From IMG/VR virus record IMGVR_UViG_3300027804_000141, positions 1 to 33,509 of that record: DNA of 33,509 nt. The stretch is one strand, 5' to 3'. Positions within the stretch are counted from its first letter, which is position 1, and the number at the start of each line of letters is the position of its first letter. This DNA is from a virus (taxonomy: Duplodnaviria; Caudoviricetes). The notes under the pieces were generated by a model. The model was not told where the DNA came from. It was given only the letters and a program-made list of their open reading frames with translations, and did not search any database. A program made the translations under genes and the position numbers. Of this stretch, positions 25,892 to 33,509 are shown in pieces.

Positions 25892-26899
25892 ATGAAAAGG
25901 GTATTTTTAACAGGTGCAGGCGGATTTGTGGGTCACCACACATTAGAGCATATTCTAAAGACTACTGATTGGGATGTAGTTATAACTGATTCATTTCGTC
26001 ACAGAGGTGTTACGGATAGAATTACATCTATATCCTGCTGGGAATCGGAGCGTCATCGTGTTCAGTTAGTAACACATGATCTAACGGTGCCATTTTCAGA
26101 TGTAATGATTAAAGAAATTGGTCATATTGATTATATTATTTCCATGGCTTCTGATTCTCATGTTGACAGATCAATTACTGATCCAGCGCCTTTTGTTATG
26201 AACAATGTTGCGTTAGCTGTAAATATGCTGGAACTAGCTAGAAAAATAGAGCCAGAAATATTTTTACACGTATCTACAGACGAGGTGTACGGGCCCGCAC
26301 CTGCTGGCTATGCTCATAAAGAATGGGACACAATTCTTCCCTCTAATCCATATTCAGGCTCAAAGGCAGCACAAGAAGCTGTATGCATTTCGTATTGGCG
26401 AACTTTTGGCGTGCCAGTAATAATTACGAATACAATGAATATCATTGGTGAACGCCAAGATCCTGAGAAGTTTATTCCAAAGATTATGTATTGTCTTGAA
26501 AAAGATATTCCTATGACAATCCATGGTACTCCCGAAAACATTGGCTCAAGATATTATCTTCATGCAAGGAATCAGGCCGATGCACTTCTTTTCATTCTAA
26601 AAAATCTTCCAGCTACCAGCTATCCAAATGCTGACCGCCCTGACAAATATCATATTGTTGGCGAAAAAGAAATTAATAATCTTGAGATGGCTGAACTAGT
26701 TGCCAAGTATTGGGGTAAGGAGTTAAAGTTTATCTTTGAAGATTTCCATACAACTAGACCTGGCCACGATTTACGATACGCATTAGATGGAACTAAACTT
26801 GCAGAAGCTGGTTGGATTCCACCAATGCCACTAGAAAAGTCTCTTGAATCTACCGTTAATTGGACTAAAAAACATCCTGAATGGTTGTGGAGAGATTAA
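25892..26899 (+). CDS. NDP-sugar 4,6-dehydratase (dTDP-glucose 4,6-dehydratase, RmlB-like)
   Basis: TGAGGFVG, SHVDRSI.DP, STDEVYG, YSGSKAA, Q.PEKFIP, RPGHD.RYALD; GGAG SD. Confidence 0.9.
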   Translation: MKRVFLTGAGGFVGHHTLEHILKTTDWDVVITDSFRHRGVTDRITSISCWESERHRVQLVTHDLTVPFSDVMIKEIGHIDYIISMASDSHVDRSITDPAPFVMNNVALAVNMLELARKIEPEIFLHVSTDEVYGPAPAGYAHKEWDTILPSNPYSGSKAAQEAVCISYWRTFGVPVIITNTMNIIGERQDPEKFIPKIMYCLEKDIPMTIHGTPENIGSRYYLHARNQADALLFILKNLPATSYPNADRPDKYHIVGEKEINNLEMAELVAKYWGKELKFIFEDFHTTRPGHDLRYALDGTKLAEAGWIPPMPLEKSLESTVNWTKKHPEWLWRD

Positions 26900-26913
26900 A
26901 TTTTTTCTACATG

Positions 26914-26942
26914 TTGACATTATCAACTGTTAATGCTATACT
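26914..26942 (+). promoter_or_regulatory. Consensus sigma70/SigA promoter with overlapping inverted repeat
   Basis: TTGACA (26914-19), 17 nt, TATACT (26937-42) with extended TG; GTTGA-cattaTCAAC inverted repeat over the -35. Confidence 0.85.
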
Positions 26943-26996
26943 AATCACGTTATATAAACCAGGGTGTAAAAGCCCACTAAAACAAAAGAGGAAATA

Positions 26997-27179
26997 ATGT
27001 CAGATAATAAGTTCAAGTACTTTGAGCTGGTCACAACTGCCCTTGTCAAGGCTAACTCCAAGACAGATGCAGAGAAGCTTGTCATGGGGCGTAGAGGCGT
27101 TCCTGGTGAGGTTCTTGATATCTCAACAGAGATTGAGCGCATCTCAGCAGTTGAAGTCCGTGAAATGCTTGAGGACTGA
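26997..27179 (+). CDS. Small hypothetical protein (60 aa) in its own transcription unit
   Basis: GAGG SD, consensus promoter upstream, hairpin downstream, GC-richer third positions than neighbours. Confidence 0.8.
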   Translation: MSDNKFKYFELVTTALVKANSKTDAEKLVMGRRGVPGEVLDISTEIERISAVEVREMLED

Positions 27180-27193
27180 AAGTAATTGACGTT

Positions 27194-27226
27194 TAAGGGG
27201 TAGGGGGTTATTCCTCCTACCCCTTA
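27194..27226 (+). terminator. Strong hairpin (terminator or RNA-stabilising stem)
   Basis: TAAGGGGTAGGGGG-ttatt-CCTCCTACCCCTTA, 14-bp stem with one G-U; weak U-tract. Confidence 0.7.
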
Positions 27227-27245
27227 TCCTTATAAGGTGGTAAAA

Positions 27246-27938
27246 ATGATAATTGCACAAATGGTTGGCAGAAATGAATCTAAAAGATTCTTAGAAAAAG
27301 TCTTAAAAAGACTATCTACTCAAGTAGATAAAATTGTATTTACAGATGACTGTTCTGATGACAATACTCCAGAAATCGCAGCTAAATACTGTGAAGTTTT
27401 TCAGAATAAGGAGCCTATGTTCGTTCAGCATGAGGGGAAACTTAGGGCTACAGCTTGGGGTAACTTAGAGAAGTTTGCAAATTTAGGAGATTGGATTTTA
27501 GCAATAGATTGTGACGAGATGTTGTATCACGTACAAGATAGGGATCTTTCTAGTGTTTTAAAGAGTTCACCTAATGATGTTGTCAGTATAAAGTTTTACC
27601 ATATGTGGAATCAAAATCAATATAGAGTGGACAAGCTTTGGGCACCTACTGCTAGTTCAAGACTCTTTAGATTCAAAGAAAATGGTGGCTTTTTAAACAG
27701 AAAGCTAGCTTGTGGATCAGAGCCTAGTTATGTGTCTGATTGGGTTAAGCAGAGAAATTTTTGGCAGGGGTCAGGGCTAGTAATGCAACACTTGGGTTAT
27801 CAGAAAGACTCAGATAAAAAAGCAAAATTTGAAAGATACTCAACTTTAGATAAAGGTGAGTTTCACAACATAAATCACATTAATTCAATATTAGACAAAG
27901 ACCCAGTTTTGATTGACTGGGGTAACTTCGGAATCTGA
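27246..27938 (+). CDS. Glycosyltransferase family 2
   Basis: RNE...L, VD.IV..DDCSDDNT, DWILAIDCDE (DxD), HLGY; start likely ATG 27246 after AAGGTGG. Confidence 0.85.
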   Translation: MIIAQMVGRNESKRFLEKVLKRLSTQVDKIVFTDDCSDDNTPEIAAKYCEVFQNKEPMFVQHEGKLRATAWGNLEKFANLGDWILAIDCDEMLYHVQDRDLSSVLKSSPNDVVSIKFYHMWNQNQYRVDKLWAPTASSRLFRFKENGGFLNRKLACGSEPSYVSDWVKQRNFWQGSGLVMQHLGYQKDSDKKAKFERYSTLDKGEFHNINHINSILDKDPVLIDWGNFGI

Positions 27939-27945
27939 GGAAGTT

Positions 27946-28638
27946 ATGAAAATCCAAAATCACAAAAATACAATTATTACGTTAACAGAAAAAATGAATA
28001 GCAAAGAAAAGTTTGCTTTTGTAAACTTTCCAAGATCTGCTCTAGTTTCATTAACTAATGATGGAAACGAGAAAAGAGTTAATAAATATTTTTCAAAAGC
28101 AATAAAAAATTCTTTTGAAATTCAAGATAGTAATTACCTAAAAGCGCTACCTGCTTCTTTTATTACTTCCTCAGAAGAGGGTTCTAAAATGAATATCGCA
28201 AGCATTGCAAAAAATAATGTTTATTGCGATTCAACTACTCTTGAATATTATTTTTCTTCAAAAGAAGATATTTTTAAGAGCTTTGTTAATCATTACATTA
28301 GAAACACTCCTTTTGTCATAGTTTCCTTCCATGATAAGAAAATGATTTCTCAAACAATTGGAAATCCTGTTGGTGTTATTAATGTTCCTTACAACGATTT
28401 TTATGACAAAGTAGATTCAATATTTGCACAAATTGCAGAATACGAAGGTAAAGTAGACTACTGTCTATTTGATTGCCCACTGCTATCTTCTGCATTACCC
28501 TATAAGATTTGGAATGAACTAAACATGTCAATGATAGACTTGGGTAAAGTTTTTTCTTATGCAAGATCAAATTACTTAAATAAGATGAAGGAACGAGAAA
28601 ATGACAAAAAAGAAAGATTCTCGCACTCCCAAAGATGA
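27946..28638 (+). CDS. GT-D fold (DUF1792)-like protein, apparently degenerate
   Basis: N-terminal KFAFVNF, central VINVPYNDFY and C-terminal MIDLGKVF recall GT-D; GAGG SD before ATG 27946. Confidence 0.5.
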   Translation: MKIQNHKNTIITLTEKMNSKEKFAFVNFPRSALVSLTNDGNEKRVNKYFSKAIKNSFEIQDSNYLKALPASFITSSEEGSKMNIASIAKNNVYCDSTTLEYYFSSKEDIFKSFVNHYIRNTPFVIVSFHDKKMISQTIGNPVGVINVPYNDFYDKVDSIFAQIAEYEGKVDYCLFDCPLLSSALPYKIWNELNMSMIDLGKVFSYARSNYLNKMKERENDKKERFSHSQR

Positions 28639-29257
28639 AGATGATGATCTATTCTTGGTAGATCTTTTGCTAGATTCAAGCCTTTCTCTAGCTGAAATTG
28701 CTAGAGAAATTGGCTTGTCTATAAACGAGCTTAATAAGAAGATCAATTCACTAGGTTTGTCTTGGATTAAAGAGCAAAAAAAGAAAAGCTCAAGAGGACA
28801 GTCAGCTCTTACCTCAGTGATGAAAAAACTTCTTCCTGGAGAAAAAATAGTAAATGAACATCATATAGGTGAAAGATTAAGATTAGACGTTTATTGCCCC
28901 AGTTATAGGTTAGCTGCGGAGTTTCACGGTCGTCAACATTTCTTTTATACAGAAAGATTCTTTGATTCAAAGTATGAATTTGAAGAAGCAATTAAAAGAG
29001 ATGAAAAAAAAGCTTCGTTATGCAAAGAACAAGGTATTGCTCTTGTTGTTTTCCGATATAATGATCTTTTGACCGAAGAAAGTGTGTATCATCGTCTTCT
29101 TGAGGCTCTAAGATCAAATGGCTGGAGTCCAAAGCAGTCAAAAAATAAAAAGTCAATTACATCTGATCCTTTTTATATTAAGCAACAAGAACTAAGAAGA
29201 CAAAAATCAAAAGAGATGTACAGAGCAATAAAGGAAAAAAAGAAAAAAGATGAGTAA
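28601..29257 (+). CDS. HTH plus Vsr/DUF559-like PD-(D/E)XK endonuclease domain protein
   Basis: SLAEIAREIGLS HTH; LRLDVY...LAAEFHGRQH...RDEKK...GIALV nuclease pattern. Confidence 0.75.
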   Translation: MTKKKDSRTPKDEDDDLFLVDLLLDSSLSLAEIAREIGLSINELNKKINSLGLSWIKEQKKKSSRGQSALTSVMKKLLPGEKIVNEHHIGERLRLDVYCPSYRLAAEFHGRQHFFYTERFFDSKYEFEEAIKRDEKKASLCKEQGIALVVFRYNDLLTEESVYHRLLEALRSNGWSPKQSKNKKSITSDPFYIKQQELRRQKSKEMYRAIKEKKKKDE

Positions 29258-30698
29258 CGAAGAAAATAAAGAGCAGTACCCAATTGAATACCAGCTCTTT
29301 GCTTTGTCATTTAAAGAAGAAGGTGCTCTTCAGTATTTTAAGGAAAATGTTTTAGACGAAGATGTTGGCTTTGTCCATGGATTAAATGGAGTAAGCGAAC
29401 TTTACAAGGCATTGTTGTCTTACGAAAAAAGCACATCGCTACCCAAAGTAGATCCAGTTGCATTTAAATCTTGGATGGAGTCTGAAACAGATATTGTTAC
29501 CGCTCTAGGTGGCGCTTCCGGAGTAGAAGAATTAATTAGAACTATTTTATCTTTAGAGCTTTCAGATAAGGAAGCAGTTGCTAAGATCATAAAACACAAA
29601 GCTTCTAAGAAAAGACAATTAGATTACTTAGAAGAATTAAAAATTCTTGTGTCTAATAAAAATATTAAGAGTGATCAACAAATCAGCAGAATAAATGATT
29701 TAGTATCTCTTATTCAGTCTTTAGAAAATCAAACCGATTATAACCCACTTGATAATGTAACTACCGCATATCAAATTATTGACAGAATTGATTCGCTACT
29801 AGATATACCAGACTTTCTCCCAACTCAATTTAAGTCTCTTAATAGAGCAATGGGATACACGGATGAAGGTGGATTCTTTAGAGGAGCTGTACATGCCGTC
29901 ATAGCACCTTCTGGTAAGGGTAAGAGTACTTTTGCGAAGTGTCTAGTTAACCATTGGGTTTCTTCGGGGTACAGGGCCTTATATGTAAACTTTGAAGAAG
30001 CTCAGTCTCACTGGGAAAGAATATTAATGACTCAGATAACTGGTCAAAACGTCTATGCCTTAGCTGATAAATGGTCTCCTGAAGATAGGGACAAGTATAC
30101 AAATATATTCAAAAACAAAATGATGGAATGGGGAGACAATCTTATGGTTAAGCATGACCCCGATACCCCGTATTTTGAAGACCTAGAGAAATGGCTAAGA
30201 GATATTCTGGGGCATGGTCAAGACATGCCAGATGTAATTGTCATAGACACAATTCAGTCAATGTTTACAAGGAGCAAGGGTAAAGCTCGTTGGGGCGAAT
30301 TTGAAGAGATGATGGTTAAGTTAGAAAAGCTTGCAAGAGACATGAATTGCGTACTGGTAATAACTGCACAAGAAAATGCTAACAGAATGAAAGAAAAAAG
30401 AGAAGTTGTTCAGCAGTCAGATACTGGTGGTTCTTTGGCAATTCAGCAGAAGTGTGCAGTAACAATTTTCATCACGGAAAAAAGACTAGTAAGCGGTGAT
30501 GAAACAGAAGATGAAAACATCATGCAACTTCAAATTCCTAAGAACAGAATTACTGGTTCAACATTTGTTTATGATCCACCATTGGTTAGATATGTTGATT
30601 CTAGAAAATCTTACGAAGAATACGAAATAGTAACAGAAGAATCTTATGATTCAGGATCAATACTAGACGACTTATTAAATGGAGGTCTACTCGACTAA
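29250..30698 (+). CDS. dnaB: DnaB-like replicative helicase
   Basis: Walker A APSGKGKST, NFEE, Walker B IVIDT, LARDMNC.LVITAQ.N, KNR. Confidence 0.88.
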   Translation: MSNEENKEQYPIEYQLFALSFKEEGALQYFKENVLDEDVGFVHGLNGVSELYKALLSYEKSTSLPKVDPVAFKSWMESETDIVTALGGASGVEELIRTILSLELSDKEAVAKIIKHKASKKRQLDYLEELKILVSNKNIKSDQQISRINDLVSLIQSLENQTDYNPLDNVTTAYQIIDRIDSLLDIPDFLPTQFKSLNRAMGYTDEGGFFRGAVHAVIAPSGKGKSTFAKCLVNHWVSSGYRALYVNFEEAQSHWERILMTQITGQNVYALADKWSPEDRDKYTNIFKNKMMEWGDNLMVKHDPDTPYFEDLEKWLRDILGHGQDMPDVIVIDTIQSMFTRSKGKARWGEFEEMMVKLEKLARDMNCVLVITAQENANRMKEKREVVQQSDTGGSLAIQQKCAVTIFITEKRLVSGDETEDENIMQLQIPKNRITGSTFVYDPPLVRYVDSRKSYEEYEIVTEESYDSGSILDDLLNGGLLD

Positions 30699-31483
30699 TG
30701 ATACAAGTAACCAATAAATCAATTAAAGACTATCAAACCTGTTCCCTTCTTTATAATTACAGGCATAATCAACAGCTGCCAGAAACAATAGGCGGAAGAG
30801 AAATATTATCTGAAAGATTTGAAAATATAATAAAAGATATAGTTTATTTCTTTTTTTACAAAAAGCAAGGGGGGTATACTCCTTCTTATTCATCCCTTTT
30901 AAATAGATGGGAAAAAACTTGGTTTAGTAAAAACGTTTCTTCTTACGACATAATTACAGAGCAACATGAAAGCGCATATGGAAATAATGCCAGTCTTACA
31001 GCAAAAGCGGCTTCTGTTCTTTTAAATTTTCATGAGACATTTTCCAATACAGCCTCAATACCTATAGTTATAAATGAAGATTATATTTTTCCTGTAACAA
31101 AAAATACAAAAGTAAAAGATAAATTTGACGTAGTATTATTTGAGGACAATAAATATTATATTATGAAATTATTGTTTAATTATAAGACTAGTCATCATTA
31201 TATGTATCAAGTAGATTTTACTTCTGCTTATGCAGCGTTCTGTTATAGAAATCCCAGTAAAGTGCCGTTTGCTCAAATGGGATACTGTGATCTCAACGCT
31301 CAAAATGTTAATTTTACAAAATACGAAATAACACAAGAGGATTTAGAGACACTAGGTTTTTGGTGTGATGAAATGGCAGTAAACAAAATATATGCACCTA
31401 GAAGAGGCTTAACTTGGTACTGTAAGCAGTGCCCCTATGATAAACCATGCTCAAAATGGACTCCAAAGGAATTAAATGAATGA
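30698..31483 (+). CDS. Cas4/AddB-like PD-(D/E)XK fold protein with four-Cys Fe-S motif; catalytic motif degenerate
   Basis: N-terminal IKDYQTC..Y.Y and C-terminal CKQCPYDKPC; KFDVV...IMKLLF replaces G.ID...I.DYK. Confidence 0.7.
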   Translation: MIQVTNKSIKDYQTCSLLYNYRHNQQLPETIGGREILSERFENIIKDIVYFFFYKKQGGYTPSYSSLLNRWEKTWFSKNVSSYDIITEQHESAYGNNASLTAKAASVLLNFHETFSNTASIPIVINEDYIFPVTKNTKVKDKFDVVLFEDNKYYIMKLLFNYKTSHHYMYQVDFTSAYAAFCYRNPSKVPFAQMGYCDLNAQNVNFTKYEITQEDLETLGFWCDEMAVNKIYAPRRGLTWYCKQCPYDKPCSKWTPKELNE

Positions 31484-31649
31484 CAACGCTCTAAGAATTG
31501 GAATTCTTTTGGGGGAAAAAGAAACAGAAAAACTTCTTGAAGTTAGCTCTTTTATGAAGAAAACGCCACAGAAATTCGTTTCTGATATAATAGAATCAAC
31601 TTACAGAAAAGTGCAAATATTTAACCTAGATTGGGAAGACGATGAATAA
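31476..31649 (+). CDS. Small hypothetical protein (57 aa), possibly ribbon-helix-helix-like
   Basis: MNDNALRIGILLGEKETEKLLEVSSFMKKTPQKFVSDIIESTYRKVQIFNLDWEDDE; AAGGA SD; 8-nt overlaps with both neighbours. Confidence 0.65.
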   Translation: MNDNALRIGILLGEKETEKLLEVSSFMKKTPQKFVSDIIESTYRKVQIFNLDWEDDE

Positions 31650-32313
31650 AAATACAATATTGGATGACTTACTTTCTGACGAAAAAGTTTTTTCTTCTAA
31701 TGAAGAAGAAGATAGGCAACTTTATCCATTATTAAAAGAGATTGATTACATTCAAAGTCCTGCAATTAAGTCTTTTGTCAGATCAATACTTTTACAAGCA
31801 GAGTCTTTTTGGACAATACCATCTAGTTTTTCTGGAAAATATCATCCAATGGACGAACATAATAAGGGTGGCAACGTTTTACACACAAAAAGGGTTGTTA
31901 GAGCGTCTAAGGTAATATGTGATTCCTATTCTCTTAGCCAAAATGAAAGAGATTTAGTTTATGCTGCGTGCTTGTTGCATGACGTAACTAAAGGTATTTC
32001 TAACTCGGATCAGAACACTTTTGTCTATGACCCACTGCACCCCTATACAGTAGGGGCATTTGTGAAAAAGTGTCAAGAGAATGATAAAAAATATTCATCA
32101 GAATCCAGTTCATCTACTTTGTATATAGACGAAGAAACAATTCAATCTATATTAAGACTGGTAAGATGCCATCTAGGTCCTTGGTCTCCAGTTCCGGAAA
32201 CAATTCCTGTTACTTATTTGGATATTATTGTACATTTATCTGACAACTTAGCTTCAAAAGTTCACTATATTGTTGACGGTGACGAAGCTATTGAGGACAG
32301 GTGGAAATTTTGA
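31642..32313 (+). CDS. HD-domain phosphohydrolase
   Basis: PSS.SGKYHP, GG.VLHT, ACLLHDVTKG, RCH.GPW, VHLSD.LAS. Confidence 0.88.
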   Translation: MNKNTILDDLLSDEKVFSSNEEEDRQLYPLLKEIDYIQSPAIKSFVRSILLQAESFWTIPSSFSGKYHPMDEHNKGGNVLHTKRVVRASKVICDSYSLSQNERDLVYAACLLHDVTKGISNSDQNTFVYDPLHPYTVGAFVKKCQENDKKYSSESSSSTLYIDEETIQSILRLVRCHLGPWSPVPETIPVTYLDIIVHLSDNLASKVHYIVDGDEAIEDRWKF

Positions 32314-32484
32314 TTCGGAGATAATCAGGACGATGTATTAATGCCTAGGCTACACATCGTAAAAAACTTAGATTCTTATATAAAAGAGTCAATTTACTAT
32401 AGGACACATACAGAAGTTTTTAAGGAAAGTAAAAAAGTTTTATGGTCTTTTGGTCAAAAAGAAGGTAAAGCTCAGTTAAGTTAA
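32310..32484 (+). CDS. Small hypothetical protein (ATG 32341 start, or TTG 32310/GTG 32301 start with a +1 shift at CGGA 32316)
   Basis: Open frame 32314-32484 (GDNQDDVLMPRLHIVKNLDSYIKESIYYRTH...) fills the HD-primase gap. Confidence 0.5.
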
Positions 32485-32485
32485 T

Positions 32486-33509
32486 ATGAACAGATACATA
32501 GATGATAATAGTTTTTTATCCCAATGGAAATATGTAGAGCTAGCTAGGTATATACCCTCTTTGAAAAGGGTTATTAGGGAAAAAGATTCCGATGGTAATT
32601 TCTTATACGACATAAGAAGGGCAGCGCCATATTCTGAAAAGTATAATAACACCGGAATATATACATCTATATGGAGATTCAATTCTGAAAGTATTGAAAA
32701 AGCGGTAAGATTTGGTCCACTTTACTTTGATTTAGACAATCAAGACATAGAAGTTTCTTATGCAGATGCTATTAATCTTTTGAATTATCTAAACAAAAAT
32801 ATAGACCATGATTCAATATATGTATATTACACTGGTAAAAAAGGTTTTCACATAGAATGCGATCCTGTATCTTTAGGGATTAATCCTACCAATGAACTTC
32901 CAGCTATATTTAGGCACATAGCAAACAAAATTTCTAAAGATTTAAATCTTGATACAATTGACTTTAGCGTATATGATCCAAGAAGAATGTGGCGTCTTGA
33001 GGGGACTAAGCATCAAGATACTGGTTTATATAAAACCTTGATTCCTAAAAGCATATTTATGCAAGGCGTTCAAAAAATAGTTGAGTATAGTTCATCAAAA
33101 CAAGATAGTTCTATTCCAACTTCAAGCTTTGATTATTCTTCAAACGAATGGTATAGAAACATGGTTTATGAGTATGAAGAAATTAAAAATAAACCAGTGG
33201 ACATTTTATCTCACTTTAATCAGTATGGGTCTTCTGGTCAAAAAACTTTTACTGAAACAGAAAAAGTTTTTCAGAAAGAAATGCTACTACATAAGTGTAG
33301 TGCCGTTAAGCGTTTAGAGGAACAGGCTAAAAATCAACATTATTTAGAGCATGAGGCAAGGTTGTTTTTATGCTCAATATTAACGTACTCAGAAGAAGCT
33401 ATAGAGTATTTGCATGAAATTTTAAGCTATTGTAAAGATTATAATCTTCAAAAATCAAGTGCCCACATTAATGACTGGATAAAAAGAAGAGAGTTAGGCA
33501 TTGGTGGTA
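32486..33509 (+). CDS. Archaeo-eukaryotic primase (AEP) with C-terminal PriL-like region, 3'-truncated
   Basis: Open from ATG 32486 to the window end: LYFDLD, YTGKKGFHI, D.SVYD..RMWRL.GTKH, then KCSAVKRL...HEARLFLCSIL. Absent from the ORF track because there is no stop in the window. Confidence 0.85.
   Translation, partial: MNRYIDDNSFLSQWKYVELARYIPSLKRVIREKDSDGNFLYDIRRAAPYSEKYNNTGIYTSIWRFNSESIEKAVRFGPLYFDLDNQDIEVSYADAINLLNYLNKNIDHDSIYVYYTGKKGFHIECDPVSLGINPTNELPAIFRHIANKISKDLNLDTIDFSVYDPRRMWRLEGTKHQDTGLYKTLIPKSIFMQGVQKIVEYSSSKQDSSIPTSSFDYSSNEWYRNMVYEYEEIKNKPVDILSHFNQYGSSGQKTFTETEKVFQKEMLLHKCSAVKRLEEQAKNQHYLEHEARLFLCSILTYSEEAIEYLHEILSYCKDYNLQKSSAHINDWIKRRELGIGG

Noticed and set aside
32311-32313. 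TGA read-through fusing the HD protein to the following in-frame ORF
   Set aside because: The HD domain looks complete and TGA ends several other genes normally; separate initiation is simpler.
49-32682. Minus-strand ORFs in the track (e.g. 834..1112, 22394..22750, 24368..24721, 26945..27142, 32476..32682)
   Set aside because: All are short shadows antisense to well-supported + strand genes, with no recognisable motifs.
33081-33317. 78-aa + strand ORF (also 344..526 and 18284..18487)
   Set aside because: Alternative-frame shadows inside the primase, first CDS and nrdJ; no SD or protein-like motif.
1-33509. Stop-codon reassignment (TAG/TGA) as the cause of the split genes
   Set aside because: The fragments are in different frames, and TAA, TAG and TGA all terminate genes with tight packing under the standard code.

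Overview
AT-rich, densely packed fragment of a large tailed-phage genome with every credible gene on the + strand. Positions 1-15.9 kb hold a virion-structural operon of large, partly paralogous beta-rich proteins, one carrying a peptidoglycan-binding domain. Positions 16-33.5 kb hold nucleotide metabolism (class II RNR NrdJ, ThyX, dCMP deaminase), a modification/glycosylation block (two GT2s, a C5-cytosine MTase with a nested gene, thermonuclease, cytochrome P450, MSMEG_6728-like glycosylase, NDT-like hydrolase, RmlB-like dehydratase, GT-D-like protein) and replication genes (DnaB, Cas4-like protein, HD hydrolase, AEP primase). Main observation: three consecutive structural genes are each split by a +1 frame change, and each break coincides with an in-frame CGG-A (4013, 7130, 10646; a weaker fourth candidate at 32316). 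My manual scan found no other in-frame CGG in any called gene. Paralogue alignments indicate that CGGA occupies exactly one residue, probably Gly. This points to CGGA quadruplet or +1 recoding in late genes, although a motif-specific sequencing insertion artefact must be excluded first. No tRNA, rRNA, CRISPR array or mobile element was seen. All family assignments come from motif recognition, not database searches.
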